Below, piece by piece: positions 39,582 to 49,058 of a DNA stretch of 64,000 bases. A model generated the notes under the pieces. It ran no database searches, had not been told where the DNA came from, and saw only the letters and a program-made list of their open reading frames with translations. The translations under genes were made by a program, and so were the position numbers. Within the stretch, counting starts at the first letter, position 1. Each line of letters opens with the position of its first letter. The stretch comes from a virus: positions 30,486 through 94,485 of IMG/VR virus record IMGVR_UViG_3300043567_001187. The stretch is one strand, 5' to 3'.

Positions 39582-41339
39582 TTAAAAAACTTCTGAGATA
39601 TACATATCGGTAAGAGAGCCAGGAATGATATTTCCGTTGTCATCTATACCCTTATGTGTAACTTTTGGCTCATGTCTTTCTTTTGGATGTGTAAAGACCT
39701 CAATAATACATGGATTATTATAGCTTTTGCCTTGCTTGAGGCAAGAAATTATTTCATCGTTAGATCTAATAGCAAAATATTTTATGCCAAACGCCTCACA
39801 TATGTTTTTAAAGTTTGGAAGCGTAACGCCATTAGTTGGTCCGCTAGCAAATTCCGATCCTTTAAAAAATGATTCTTGTGTAAGTTTTATTGATAAATAT
39901 CCATCATTGTTAATCAATAATATACATATTGGTAAATTATAATGTTTGATAGTTTGTAAATCTTGTAAATTCATCATAATACTTCCATCTCCTTCTATAC
40001 ATATTGTGGAAGTTTTTTTATTTGCTATACAAGCTCCTATGCTCGCTGGCAAACCATATCCCATACTTGCGCATCCAACATTTGTAAAAAGTTTTTGATT
40101 AGAATGTAATTGATATGTTTGTAGTGTTATTACATGAGCACTACCATTGCTGGTCACTATAGATTCCTTATCCCATATTTTTGTTGCTTGATTAATTAGT
40201 TCATAAAAACTAGTATAATTTTGTAAATTTTTATGTTTAGGATATGAATAGATTTGATTATTTCTGATTTTATGAATATAATTTATCCATTCTGTTTTTT
40301 CTTTTAAGTATTTATCATCAATTTTTATTGAGTCTATTGTATCAAAAAAATTTCTTAAATCTCCAATAATTTTTAAATCTATCTTAAATGAGTGTTTATT
40401 TATTTCATTTTCATCAATATCAATAATAACTTTTTTAGAATTAGGAGAAAAAGCTTTAATATTATATCCTGTCATTTTTACTGGAAGTCTTGATCCTAAG
40501 CATATTAAAAGATCTGATTCTTGAACAATCGTATTTGATGTTAATTGACCAAGAATACCTATTCTGCCCATATAATGGTTATATTCATTATCTATACAGT
40601 CAACGCCAGAATGTGGACCAGTAACAATAGGAAGATTAAATTTATCTAAGAATTTAAGTAGTCTATCTGATGTATTTGATAGACATATGCCATTACCTGT
40701 TATGACTAATGGTTTATTTGATAAGCCGATTAACTCCATTAAAGCCAATATTTGATCTTGTTCTATATCTTTATATTCATTTTTATGATGAAAATGTTTT
40801 AATAATGTTTCATCGACAACAGCTCCCTGTATATCTAACGGAATATCTACCCATACTGGGCCTGGGCGTCCATCCAAACAAATGCTATATGTTTTTTCTA
40901 ATTCATATAATATATCTTCTGGTTTATTTATCAATACAGAATATTTTGTAATAGAAGATACTAATTTTACTATATCGAATTCTTGATCTCCAATCTGCCG
41001 ACACCCTGTTTCTTTTGATAGTTGTGATCTGGAAACTTGTCCAGAAATAAATATTCCTGGTATACTGTCGAGCCACATACCCAATAGCCCCGTTATAGTA
41101 TTTGTTCCTCCTGGTCCAGTTGTAACAATATTTGCGCACAGATTATTCGATTGCCTATAATACCCTTCTGCTGCCATCGCTAGTGCTTGTTCATGATGAA
41201 AACAATATGTATTTATAGTGTTCTGGTATTTATTAAGACTATCAATTAAGTGTATACATCCACCGCCAGAAATAGTAAAAACATCTTTTATATTTTTGGA
41301 TAAAAGAAAATCTATAACAATATCTGAAACTTTTTTCAT
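39582..41339 (-). CDS. ThDP-dependent acetolactate synthase-like enzyme (YerE-like)
   Basis: HHEQALAMAAEGY, TTGPG, SMGYGLP, GDGS..N; located in sugar cluster. Confidence 0.85.
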   Translation of the reverse strand: MKKVSDIVIDFLLSKNIKDVFTISGGGCIHLIDSLNKYQNTINTYCFHHEQALAMAAEGYYRQSNNLCANIVTTGPGGTNTITGLLGMWLDSIPGIFISGQVSRSQLSKETGCRQIGDQEFDIVKLVSSITKYSVLINKPEDILYELEKTYSICLDGRPGPVWVDIPLDIQGAVVDETLLKHFHHKNEYKDIEQDQILALMELIGLSNKPLVITGNGICLSNTSDRLLKFLDKFNLPIVTGPHSGVDCIDNEYNHYMGRIGILGQLTSNTIVQESDLLICLGSRLPVKMTGYNIKAFSPNSKKVIIDIDENEINKHSFKIDLKIIGDLRNFFDTIDSIKIDDKYLKEKTEWINYIHKIRNNQIYSYPKHKNLQNYTSFYELINQATKIWDKESIVTSNGSAHVITLQTYQLHSNQKLFTNVGCASMGYGLPASIGACIANKKTSTICIEGDGSIMMNLQDLQTIKHYNLPICILLINNDGYLSIKLTQESFFKGSEFASGPTNGVTLPNFKNICEAFGIKYFAIRSNDEIISCLKQGKSYNNPCIIEVFTHPKERHEPKVTHKGIDDNGNIIPGSLTDMYISEVF

Positions 41340-42403
41340 GTTATATCGTTAATAGTTAGAGGATTATCTTTTTTTAAATTTTTATTTGCTATACAATCTT
41401 TTTCTATAAAATTTCTAGATGTAAATTGTCCTATTTCTTTTTGATACGGTATAGCGCTGTATAGATCATTAATTGTGATTTTTGATCCTTTTTTGATATT
41501 CTTTTTAAGATAAAGTCCACGATATAGAGACTCCAGATATTCTATCTCTTTTGAGTCTATGGTACGTCTTTCTACGTTTGCTGTTCCACACATAGATTGA
41601 GCAGTATGAAAAGCTTTAAACCATTCATCGATTTGGTGTGGTAAGGAACAGTACGGTGAAACTTCCTTTTGAATGTGGTTTTTGGGATATGGGATATCAA
41701 TATGTCTTTCCCATGTTCTGGCTCCTTTAGCATAAGATATTAGCATAGATGAATGCCAGTCGTGATACTCGTGAGTAGATAAGCCTATAGTTAGATCTGG
41801 ATATTGATTTTTTAGATAGTCTATTTGATCTAGTTCCAACTCATTATCTTCGCTAGGATATTTAGAAACACAATGATTGAGTGCGATTGGTATTTTTCTA
41901 TTTAAAAAAAATTTAACGCTGTCATCAATTTGTTTTTCATTAGCTCCGCCAGTAGAGAGTATAATGGGTTTTTTTGTTGCTGCTATTTTTTGTAAAAGTA
42001 TCCAGTCGTTAAGGTCGGAACTAGCCACTTTAATTATTGGCATATCGAATTTGACGCAAAGGTCTACTGATGGTTCATCAAACGCTGTAGCCATAGGTAT
42101 ACAGCCATTATCTTTGATATACAGTACAAGATCTTCAAATTCTTGAGAAGACAGTTTTGTTTGGCTGGTTTTCTCTATGTATCGTAATCTTTTGGGTAAA
42201 GATGTCAGATTTTTTTCTTTCTTAGCCTGAAAATCTTTGTGTATAAAACTATCTACATCACGAAATTGTAGTTTAATAGATGCTTTAATATTATTATCCT
42301 TAACAACTTTTGCAAATTCTTTAATAATTTTTTTACCCCTAGTCACTGATCCCCAGTGATTATTGGCTAATTCTAATACGAATAGATTATTAAATATACT
42401 CAT
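41336..42403 (-). CDS. NeuB-family PEP-dependent synthase with SAF domain
   Basis: ELANNHWG, IKLQ, KVASSD, STGG, HCVSKYP, GLSTHE, ERH. Confidence 0.88.
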   Translation of the reverse strand: MSIFNNLFVLELANNHWGSVTRGKKIIKEFAKVVKDNNIKASIKLQFRDVDSFIHKDFQAKKEKNLTSLPKRLRYIEKTSQTKLSSQEFEDLVLYIKDNGCIPMATAFDEPSVDLCVKFDMPIIKVASSDLNDWILLQKIAATKKPIILSTGGANEKQIDDSVKFFLNRKIPIALNHCVSKYPSEDNELELDQIDYLKNQYPDLTIGLSTHEYHDWHSSMLISYAKGARTWERHIDIPYPKNHIQKEVSPYCSLPHQIDEWFKAFHTAQSMCGTANVERRTIDSKEIEYLESLYRGLYLKKNIKKGSKITINDLYSAIPYQKEIGQFTSRNFIEKDCIANKNLKKDNPLTINDIT

Positions 42404-42693
42404 ACCCAATCCTTTGTATTTATATTTTTATCATCAATAAAAAGATCGTAATATGGTTTGCCAAATTTGATATCGTGATATTTAACTCCCCAATCTTCAA
42501 ATTGTTTTTTAGTTGTTTCTGTCCAATCTATTCCGCTAACCGTACCTCTGGCAGTCCAATATATAACAGTGTGTCCCTCATCGTATAGAGTATTAGCCCT
42601 TTTTATATTTTCTATAATAGGAAAACTATTAGTATAGTCAGGTTTATTGGGGCTATGACAAATTGTGTCGTCAATATCTATGTATATTACCAT
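42400..42693 (-). CDS. capless HAD phosphatase
   Basis: DIDDTI, WTARG, GKP, IDDK. Confidence 0.82.
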   Translation of the reverse strand: MVIYIDIDDTICHSPNKPDYTNSFPIIENIKRANTLYDEGHTVIYWTARGTVSGIDWTETTKKQFEDWGVKYHDIKFGKPYYDLFIDDKNINTKDWV

Positions 42694-43643
42694 ATAAATA
42701 TCTTTTTATAAAAATTAACTATTTCTGGAAGTTCACTAGAAAATATTTTTTTTGGTTCCCATCCTAAATTTCTCAACTTAGAATCATCTAAAGCATATCG
42801 TAAATCCTGACCAATTCTATTAAAAGAAAAATCAATATGTTTTAATGTATCAGATTCGTCTATATTATAGAGTTTAAGTATTTGTTTTATAGTATTTAGA
42901 TTTGATTGTTCAAACCCACCACATATATTATATATTTCGTTTTTATTATTAGATTCTATAATAGCTATTATAGCATCTGCTGTGTCTTGTGCATGTAGCC
43001 AATTTCTTATGGGTGAACCATTGTTATGTAGAGGAATTTTTCTGCCTAATAGTAGATATTTGCATGTTTTTGGAATTAATTTTTCTATATATTGACCGAT
43101 ACCATAATTATTAGTAGGTCTAACTATCACATATGGTATATTATATGTTCTATTCCATGCTAATATGAGCATATCTGCGGCTGCTTTTGTTGCAGAGTAG
43201 GGGTTGGAGGGTTTTAGTAGATCTTTTTCTGTATGTGCGCCATATATAATATCACCATAAACCTCGTCGGTGCTAAAATGTAGTAACGTTGGAACTGTAG
43301 AGTTTTCTTGACGATAGTTTTGTATAAGCTTTAATAGATTATGTACCCCGTCAATATTAGACTTAACAAAGTCATCACTATTTGAAATAGAATTACCAAC
43401 ATGTGTTTCTGCCGCAACATTTATTACATAGTCGCAATCATACAAAAACTTAAGGTCGTTGATATCGCAATGAACGAATGAAAAATTATCATATTTATTA
43501 AAATCATCTAGTAGATCAGTATTTGCTGCATATGTTATTTTATCCACGCCCTTAACATACCACCCCTTTTCTAAGCATGTTTTAGTAACATATGATCCTA
43601 TAAATCCCAAGCAGCCCGTAACATAAACTATCTTTTTATTCAT
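42687..43643 (-). CDS. rfbB: dTDP-glucose 4,6-dehydratase
   Basis: TGCLGFIGS, AAETHV, STDEVYG, PYSATKA, NNYG..Q..EKLIP. Confidence 0.88.
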   Translation of the reverse strand: MNKKIVYVTGCLGFIGSYVTKTCLEKGWYVKGVDKITYAANTDLLDDFNKYDNFSFVHCDINDLKFLYDCDYVINVAAETHVGNSISNSDDFVKSNIDGVHNLLKLIQNYRQENSTVPTLLHFSTDEVYGDIIYGAHTEKDLLKPSNPYSATKAAADMLILAWNRTYNIPYVIVRPTNNYGIGQYIEKLIPKTCKYLLLGRKIPLHNNGSPIRNWLHAQDTADAIIAIIESNNKNEIYNICGGFEQSNLNTIKQILKLYNIDESDTLKHIDFSFNRIGQDLRYALDDSKLRNLGWEPKKIFSSELPEIVNFYKKIFIW

Positions 43644-44458
43644 TGTGAACCCCACACCATCTTATGGTAATCATTATACAGCTTATACGCTAAATCTTGC
43701 ATATTGAGAAAATATCTATTTTGAAATACTGACATTTGTGCTGGTGGTAGATTTGGCTTTAATCCAGAAAAATGCATAACGCACAAAGGTTTATTATCTA
43801 TTAACAACATATTTTCTTGTTGAACAAGATATCTTTGTTTAATATTCCAATATGCAACATTATACCCTGGATGACGAAAAATCTTAGTGTCATCATCAAA
43901 GTCTCCAGCAAATCTTAGCCAACCCTGCTCATTGACTAAGCCAGCGTCTGGTCTTGTTATCGGAAATAAAGATGTCTGCTCTTTCCACCACCGAATAAAA
44001 TTTAATCCTTTTTGGGAAGCTGCCCACACACCAGTATTATAATTACCAGATAATGATATAACTCTATTTTGTGGAAACATATTATCATTAGGTAATGGTT
44101 TGGTTATATGCGGAATAACAACGATAGAATGTTTTTCTGTAGTCTGCTGTAAATCATTATAATTATAATATGTATATGTATCACCATCTACAAAAATAGC
44201 AGTATCAAAATTCAAAACATCCAAAGCGTATTCTACTATGCTTACTCTGCCTACGATTAACCAATTATCTATGGGTAAGTTAATATCTTCTGGTGTTAAC
44301 TGTATATCCGCCAAAGAACAAGCCAACTTATCATTAATCAAAAGAATAGTAGTATGATCAGGATTATGTAGTTTAGCTGATTCTATAGCAAATTTACCCT
44401 GATTAATATAGTTTGTATCAAAAATAAAACAGATACATTTTTTAATATTATCGATCAT
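43640..44458 (-). CDS. GT-A (GT8-like) glycosyltransferase
   Basis: FVDGD, PHIT.P, GNYNTG, EQGW, HPGYNVAYWN, HFSG. Confidence 0.75.
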   Translation of the reverse strand: MIDNIKKCICFIFDTNYINQGKFAIESAKLHNPDHTTILLINDKLACSLADIQLTPEDINLPIDNWLIVGRVSIVEYALDVLNFDTAIFVDGDTYTYYNYNDLQQTTEKHSIVVIPHITKPLPNDNMFPQNRVISLSGNYNTGVWAASQKGLNFIRWWKEQTSLFPITRPDAGLVNEQGWLRFAGDFDDDTKIFRHPGYNVAYWNIKQRYLVQQENMLLIDNKPLCVMHFSGLKPNLPPAQMSVFQNRYFLNMQDLAYKLYNDYHKMVWGSQ

Positions 44459-44464
44459 AATATT

Positions 44465-44983
44465 TTATAGTTGATATACAAATACTTGTATATTTTTCCA
44501 AATATCTGTAATCAGATCCTGAATAAAATTCCAATTACCACCAGCCAAACCACACCCAAACTTTGGGGCATGAATTTGCACTCTATTTTCACTATCAAAA
44601 TTCTGATGAATATATAAATTAACATTAGCCATACACTTAGCAAGACTATAGTAGTTTAGTGGTCTGGGATTGTTTTTATGTATGGTTCCATTTTGAGCTA
44701 TCATGTTAGCAAAAATTATCTTGTGCCCATAATCTTTGTTCTTATAAACTTCTACAAATTGTGTATATCCTAAAATATTTTGTTTACCAAGCAAATGATA
44801 ATTTTCTTTAACTATCGGGAAATGCTTGGCTACTCCAGCAGCAAAGCCAGCACCAAAAGAATTAACATTATTACAAACATGGGGAACTATAATTGAACAA
44901 CCATTATGGTTTTGATTCACATAAGACTCTATGTGTTCAAAAAGATTACCGATTAATAGTTGTGGCTTAAGAATAGTTTTCAT
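44465..44983 (-). CDS. macrodomain protein (ADP-ribose processing)
   Basis: HVCNNVNSFGAGFA, ANMIAQ, PKFGCGLAGGNW. Confidence 0.85.
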   Translation of the reverse strand: MKTILKPQLLIGNLFEHIESYVNQNHNGCSIIVPHVCNNVNSFGAGFAAGVAKHFPIVKENYHLLGKQNILGYTQFVEVYKNKDYGHKIIFANMIAQNGTIHKNNPRPLNYYSLAKCMANVNLYIHQNFDSENRVQIHAPKFGCGLAGGNWNFIQDLITDIWKNIQVFVYQL

Positions 44984-45002
44984 AAAGATTTACTCCTACT
45001 GA

Positions 45003-45030
45003 ATAATAATTCAGATGATTCGTGTGTCAA
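45003..45030 (-). promoter_or_regulatory. sigma70-type promoter for macrodomain gene and sugar cluster
   Basis: TTGACA-16-TATTAT, then AGGAG. Confidence 0.7.
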
Positions 45031-45031
45031 A

Positions 45032-45268
45032 CTACCATTTATTGATAGGACACTTCTGATCTGCCCATGCTAGCTTATTAAGAAATCTTTTTTTACGACC
45101 TATATTACATCCGCAAACCATACATTCGTTATTAACACTATCCATCATATCACAATTTAAACAGATATTAAATCTATCGTTTATTAGATCTTGACTACTT
45201 TTTGGACATCCACTATAAATATGCCAAAATAATGATTTTAAAAATGTTTTTAGTCTAATAAGTATCAT
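45032..45268 (-). CDS. small Cys-rich protein
   Basis: RFNICLNC..CMVCGC..K..CPINKW. Confidence 0.65.
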   Translation of the reverse strand: MILIRLKTFLKSLFWHIYSGCPKSSQDLINDRFNICLNCDMMDSVNNECMVCGCNIGRKKRFLNKLAWADQKCPINKW

Positions 45269-45477
45269 GTTTTTATAGGTATAATATTATTGTCTTTATC
45301 TAAAGAATAAATGCTAAGGGGCTCCACTATATCCTGACTACTAAGCCACTTTGGATATCCGCTTACTAAAGAATAGCACAATCTAGACCCGTCCCTCTTA
45401 AAGTCACTAGTTAATAAAAAGTTTTGTTCTTTATATACAAAACAATCTCCACTCTTTAATTCTTCAAGATATTTCAT
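45265..45477 (-). CDS. hypothetical protein
   Basis: ORF. Confidence 0.55.
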   Translation of the reverse strand: MKYLEELKSGDCFVYKEQNFLLTSDFKRDGSRLCYSLVSGYPKWLSSQDIVEPLSIYSLDKDNNIIPIKT

Positions 45478-45643
45478 TTTCCCAGTCTTCCCATATTTCT
45501 TCCGCTTTCATATCCTGTATTTTTCTTTTGTGCTGTTTTTTGCTTTTAGAAACAAACCTTTGTTCTTCTGAAACCATTGGTTTCTTATAAGTTTTATCAG
45601 CAAGTTTTTGTCGTCGAAGATCTTTTGAGTTATCAGAATCCAT
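45464..45643 (-). CDS. small basic protein (59 aa)
   Basis: Hand-translated MDSDNSKDLRRQKL...EEIWEDWENEIS. Confidence 0.6.
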   Translation of the reverse strand: MDSDNSKDLRRQKLADKTYKKPMVSEEQRFVSKSKKQHKRKIQDMKAEEIWEDWENEIS

Positions 45644-45672
45644 AGTATTATAAAAATTGGTAGTTACTATTT

Positions 45673-45700
45673 AATATAGTTAGAGTGTATAGATTGTCAA
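45673..45700 (-). promoter_or_regulatory. sigma70-type promoter
   Basis: TTGACA-16-TATATT. Confidence 0.6.
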
Positions 45701-46450
45701 CTATTTGGGTCTTAAATGTTTTTTTATCCAGTCTAAGTGTACACTGATTCTGGTATGCCCACATTCTGTAGCATAATCAGATTTTGGCTCTTGTTTTACT
45801 GCTAGTACACACGAATTAATTCCAGCTAATTTATTGTCTATAAATAATCCACCACCACTATCTCCACTAGCAATAATAAATTCTAGAGGAGTTTTCCCTT
45901 TGCCTATAGTTGGTGAGCATATTAATAAATGTTTATCTATATAATCTATCATATTTGATCCTGCTCTTTGTTTATTATCTCCTTTTGTTGCACCAGTATT
46001 AAACGTGCCGGTCATACCAAAACCCGATATATAACATAATCTTCCAATCTCGTCACTGTTTGTATATAGTTGTGGGTAATCTTTAAGTTTTAATTTATTT
46101 CGACTATATCCTATGGCAATATCATAATAACCAAATGTATTATCTTCATTAAACTGTGGAGGATAAACAAACTCTGTAATTACATATTCTGTCTTATTAA
46201 TTATAAAAATACAAGACTTTATTTCTTTAATTACATGAGCTGCTGTTAATATGTGGTCATCATCTATAGCAACGGCGGATGCATAAAATAATTTATTATC
46301 TTGTGTTCTACCTTGTAGTTGTCCAACACAAACAAAATTTTTAGAATATTCTATATATTGATTATCAGAAATATTAGGATCGATAGTTCCTGCTTTAGAA
46401 GTAAGAGATAAACACATCAAAACTATTAATATAATGTGTTTCATATTCAT
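45701..46450 (-). CDS. secreted trypsin-like serine protease
   Basis: Signal peptide, ILTAAHV, DIA, GDSGG. Confidence 0.88.
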   Translation of the reverse strand: MNMKHIILIVLMCLSLTSKAGTIDPNISDNQYIEYSKNFVCVGQLQGRTQDNKLFYASAVAIDDDHILTAAHVIKEIKSCIFIINKTEYVITEFVYPPQFNEDNTFGYYDIAIGYSRNKLKLKDYPQLYTNSDEIGRLCYISGFGMTGTFNTGATKGDNKQRAGSNMIDYIDKHLLICSPTIGKGKTPLEFIIASGDSGGGLFIDNKLAGINSCVLAVKQEPKSDYATECGHTRISVHLDWIKKHLRPK

Positions 46451-46466
46451 CTCTTGTAATAAAAGA

Positions 46467-46844
46467 TTAGCGATTCAACCAGTCTGTAAAATTATGATAA
46501 TTACTATAACCTACTTTTCTTTTACTTTCTATATTATTTTTTAATACAAAATAATCCGGAATAGTTTTTACCTGATATTCTTTAGTTAGATCTAATCTTT
46601 TTTCAGTATTAACATAGCAGATGATATAAGTGTCAAAGTCTTTTATATTTTGATCTATGTCTTTTTTCATAATATTGCAAAATTTACACCAGTCAGCAGT
46701 AAAAACTACTAATATCGGCTGTTGAGTATCTTGGGCTATCAAAACAGCATCTTCTAAAGAATCATTAATATAAAAAGAATTACATAATCCAGTATTAGAT
46801 AAAGTAATAATAAAAAATATAATGCTATATAGTATTTTATTCAT
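46467..46844 (-). CDS. exported thioredoxin-like protein
   Basis: Signal peptide, FTADWCKFC, TIP. Confidence 0.85.
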   Translation of the reverse strand: MNKILYSIIFFIITLSNTGLCNSFYINDSLEDAVLIAQDTQQPILVVFTADWCKFCNIMKKDIDQNIKDFDTYIICYVNTEKRLDLTKEYQVKTIPDYFVLKNNIESKRKVGYSNYHNFTDWLNR

Positions 46845-47842
46845 AATACGTTTGAGGCTATCAAACATCCTTTTGCAACAGCGTGTAGTGGATCGTTAGC
46901 GTGTTTGACTACTTTAATAGCTAAAGGAAAATTATTTAGTTCTAATTGTTTGGTTAATTGTTCTACATAACCATCTGCCTGAGAAGTACCACCAGCTATT
47001 ACTATAGTAATAGGATTTTTAAATTTAGGCAAAGCTTTGCAGTTTTTTAATGCAAAACTTAATTGTTTAGCAGTATACTCTATGAGCCTCTCATAGTACG
47101 AGGCAACGGCTGATAAAACAGGATTGGGGTTGGGTTCGCCCACTTTAAAACCACCAGCCTCCTTCTCAGCCTGGACTACACTATCGGGTTCTCCTGTGGC
47201 AACAGCACTCATTCTATCAACCCAGTCGCCAGATTTTGTAGTGCTAAAGGCTACGGTAGGCTCACCGTTTAACATAATACAAACATTGGTCATACCAGCA
47301 CCACAACTAATACCAATGCCTGTATAATCTTCTTCTCCTAATTCAGCATAACATAAGGCTTCAGCTTCATTAATACTTCTAGCATCGTATCCACAGTCTG
47401 ATAAAACAGTTTTTACAACATCTTCATGATATCCTACGTCAAAATCATCATCTTCTTGATCTACTGGTTGAGCAGGGACGCAGAATACTAGTTTTTCATT
47501 GGGTTCTGATGCTGTTCCGACTACTTCTTTTAGAATAAAAGCTAAAATTCTTTTGGCATCTTTTTCTTTTGAAGAGACTACACCTTTATACATGGGTCTT
47601 TTTGCTGTGTCATTTCTTTCTATAGCTTTCTCGATAGCATCTTTGCCCAGAAGAATAAAAGAACCATCATTATCTTTAATAAAAACCTTACCCGACAATC
47701 CTTTTTCTATCATTTTTGTGGCTACGGGGGTGGATGGCTTTATAGTATAAAAAGCATCTCTAAAATCTTTATATTGTATATTTCCGTCATTTTCTTTTGC
47801 TAATACTATAAAACTTGTACCCACATCAAGGCCACAACTCAT
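46841..47842 (-). CDS. actin-like ATPase (MreB/MamK/ParM superfamily)
   Basis: GLDVGT, FCVP, INEAEA, GISCGAGMTNV, IAGGTS, AVAKG. Confidence 0.85.
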   Translation of the reverse strand: MSCGLDVGTSFIVLAKENDGNIQYKDFRDAFYTIKPSTPVATKMIEKGLSGKVFIKDNDGSFILLGKDAIEKAIERNDTAKRPMYKGVVSSKEKDAKRILAFILKEVVGTASEPNEKLVFCVPAQPVDQEDDDFDVGYHEDVVKTVLSDCGYDARSINEAEALCYAELGEEDYTGIGISCGAGMTNVCIMLNGEPTVAFSTTKSGDWVDRMSAVATGEPDSVVQAEKEAGGFKVGEPNPNPVLSAVASYYERLIEYTAKQLSFALKNCKALPKFKNPITIVIAGGTSQADGYVEQLTKQLELNNFPLAIKVVKHANDPLHAVAKGCLIASNVL

Positions 47843-47844
47843 AA

Positions 47845-48114
47845 CTAGTCTCCTTTTAGTTTTTTCAGTTTATTAATCGACGATCCTATATTTTCTGTAG
47901 AATTTTGGATATCGCCCAAATTATCGTATTTTTTTTCGATATTTGTTGTATCTATTTTAGTAACTATTTTTTTATCGTCTATGGATATATTAGATTGTGG
48001 AATTTGTTTATTGATCTTGTGCTTATTATTATCAGTGTAATATACACCAGATGAACTATTTAACTTGCCTAATATAAAGCCAATACTGAACGATAATAGA
48101 TTCAAGACTATCAA
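47845..48114 (-). CDS. small N-terminally anchored membrane protein
   Basis: Hydrophobic N-terminus; start uncertain (possibly ATA at 48144). Confidence 0.55.
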   Translation of the reverse strand: MIVLNLLSFSIGFILGKLNSSSGVYYTDNNKHKINKQIPQSNISIDDKKIVTKIDTTNIEKKYDNLGDIQNSTENIGSSINKLKKLKGD

Positions 48115-48140
48115 TATAGAAAGAATAATAATTTCGTAAT

Positions 48141-49058
48141 TTATAGTATTAATGGTTTGTCTCCTAATATTCTACCCTTTTGGGTACGTTTTACATACCC
48201 CGCCCTGACCAAATATGGCTCAATACTATTTTCAATAGTCTCAATAGCAATACCTGTCATAGACGAAATACTCTTTAATCCTAGCGGAGTACCTTTGGCC
48301 TTAATGAGTTCTTTAAGATACATAACGTCATAATTATCAAGACCAATATTATTTATACCCTGATTATTAAAAACCTCTTCCATACTCACTGTTTTATTCT
48401 TATAGAAGGATTTATAACTCTTATACCATTGTAGTCTAGAGTTTAAAATACGAGGAGTTCCTTTACTTCTTTTAGCAATCTCCAGCAAGTCATTTTCAGA
48501 GATCATTAGTCCGAGCTTTTTTGCGTTCAACCCTGCTAGTTTGGCTAGTTCATGCTCATCATAGAACACCAAATGTTCCTTGATGGTAAACCTATCATAA
48601 AAGGGTTGACTCAAACTTCCCCCACTAGTAGTAGCACCAATAAGTGTAAATAGTGGCAGATTAATAGTTTCTGGTTTGTCCTTGTCATCCTCTCCCTTTA
48701 CTGTGATATTTAGTACAAAATCTTCCATCACAGGATAAAGAAATTCTTCCACGATTTTAGGCAAACGATGAATCTCATCAATAAATAATACTGATCTGGG
48801 CATCATGCCCATAAGATAGGGAAGTAGATTCTTGATACTACGAATATTAGCAGCATTGATAGTATGCAAATTTACAGCAAGTTCATTAGCAACAGCACTC
48901 GCTAATGTGGTTTTACCAAGCCCAGGAGGTCCGTCAATTAAAATGTGTGGCATAGTAGATGATGACTCTACGCAGCCACTAACAATAATGCGTAGTCTAT
49001 CCACCACACTAGACTGCCCAATAATATCGTCAAACTTAGATGGTCGTACAATGTTCAT
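48141..49058 (-). CDS. ruvB: Holliday junction branch-migration ATPase RuvB
   Basis: RPSKFDDIIGQ, GPPGLGKTT, FIDEIHRL, LYPVMED, GATT, DRF, GTPR, IEPYL, RTQKGR. Confidence 0.93.
   Translation of the reverse strand: MNIVRPSKFDDIIGQSSVVDRLRIIVSGCVESSSTMPHILIDGPPGLGKTTLASAVANELAVNLHTINAANIRSIKNLLPYLMGMMPRSVLFIDEIHRLPKIVEEFLYPVMEDFVLNITVKGEDDKDKPETINLPLFTLIGATTSGGSLSQPFYDRFTIKEHLVFYDEHELAKLAGLNAKKLGLMISENDLLEIAKRSKGTPRILNSRLQWYKSYKSFYKNKTVSMEEVFNNQGINNIGLDNYDVMYLKELIKAKGTPLGLKSISSMTGIAIETIENSIEPYLVRAGYVKRTQKGRILGDKPLIL

Noticed and set aside
37928-41339. AroB and IlvB as amino-acid biosynthesis auxiliary genes
   Set aside because: Embedded in an NDP-sugar operon with no other shikimate or branched-chain amino-acid genes
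1-44458. DNA hypermodification role for the glycosyltransferases
   Set aside because: No hydroxymethylase, TET/JBP or similar base-activating gene in the window; cannot be supported here
17827-46844. Specific host assignment (e.g. Planctomycetota/PVC)
   Set aside because: Suggested only by gene flavour and the high-GC graft; needs database or spacer evidence
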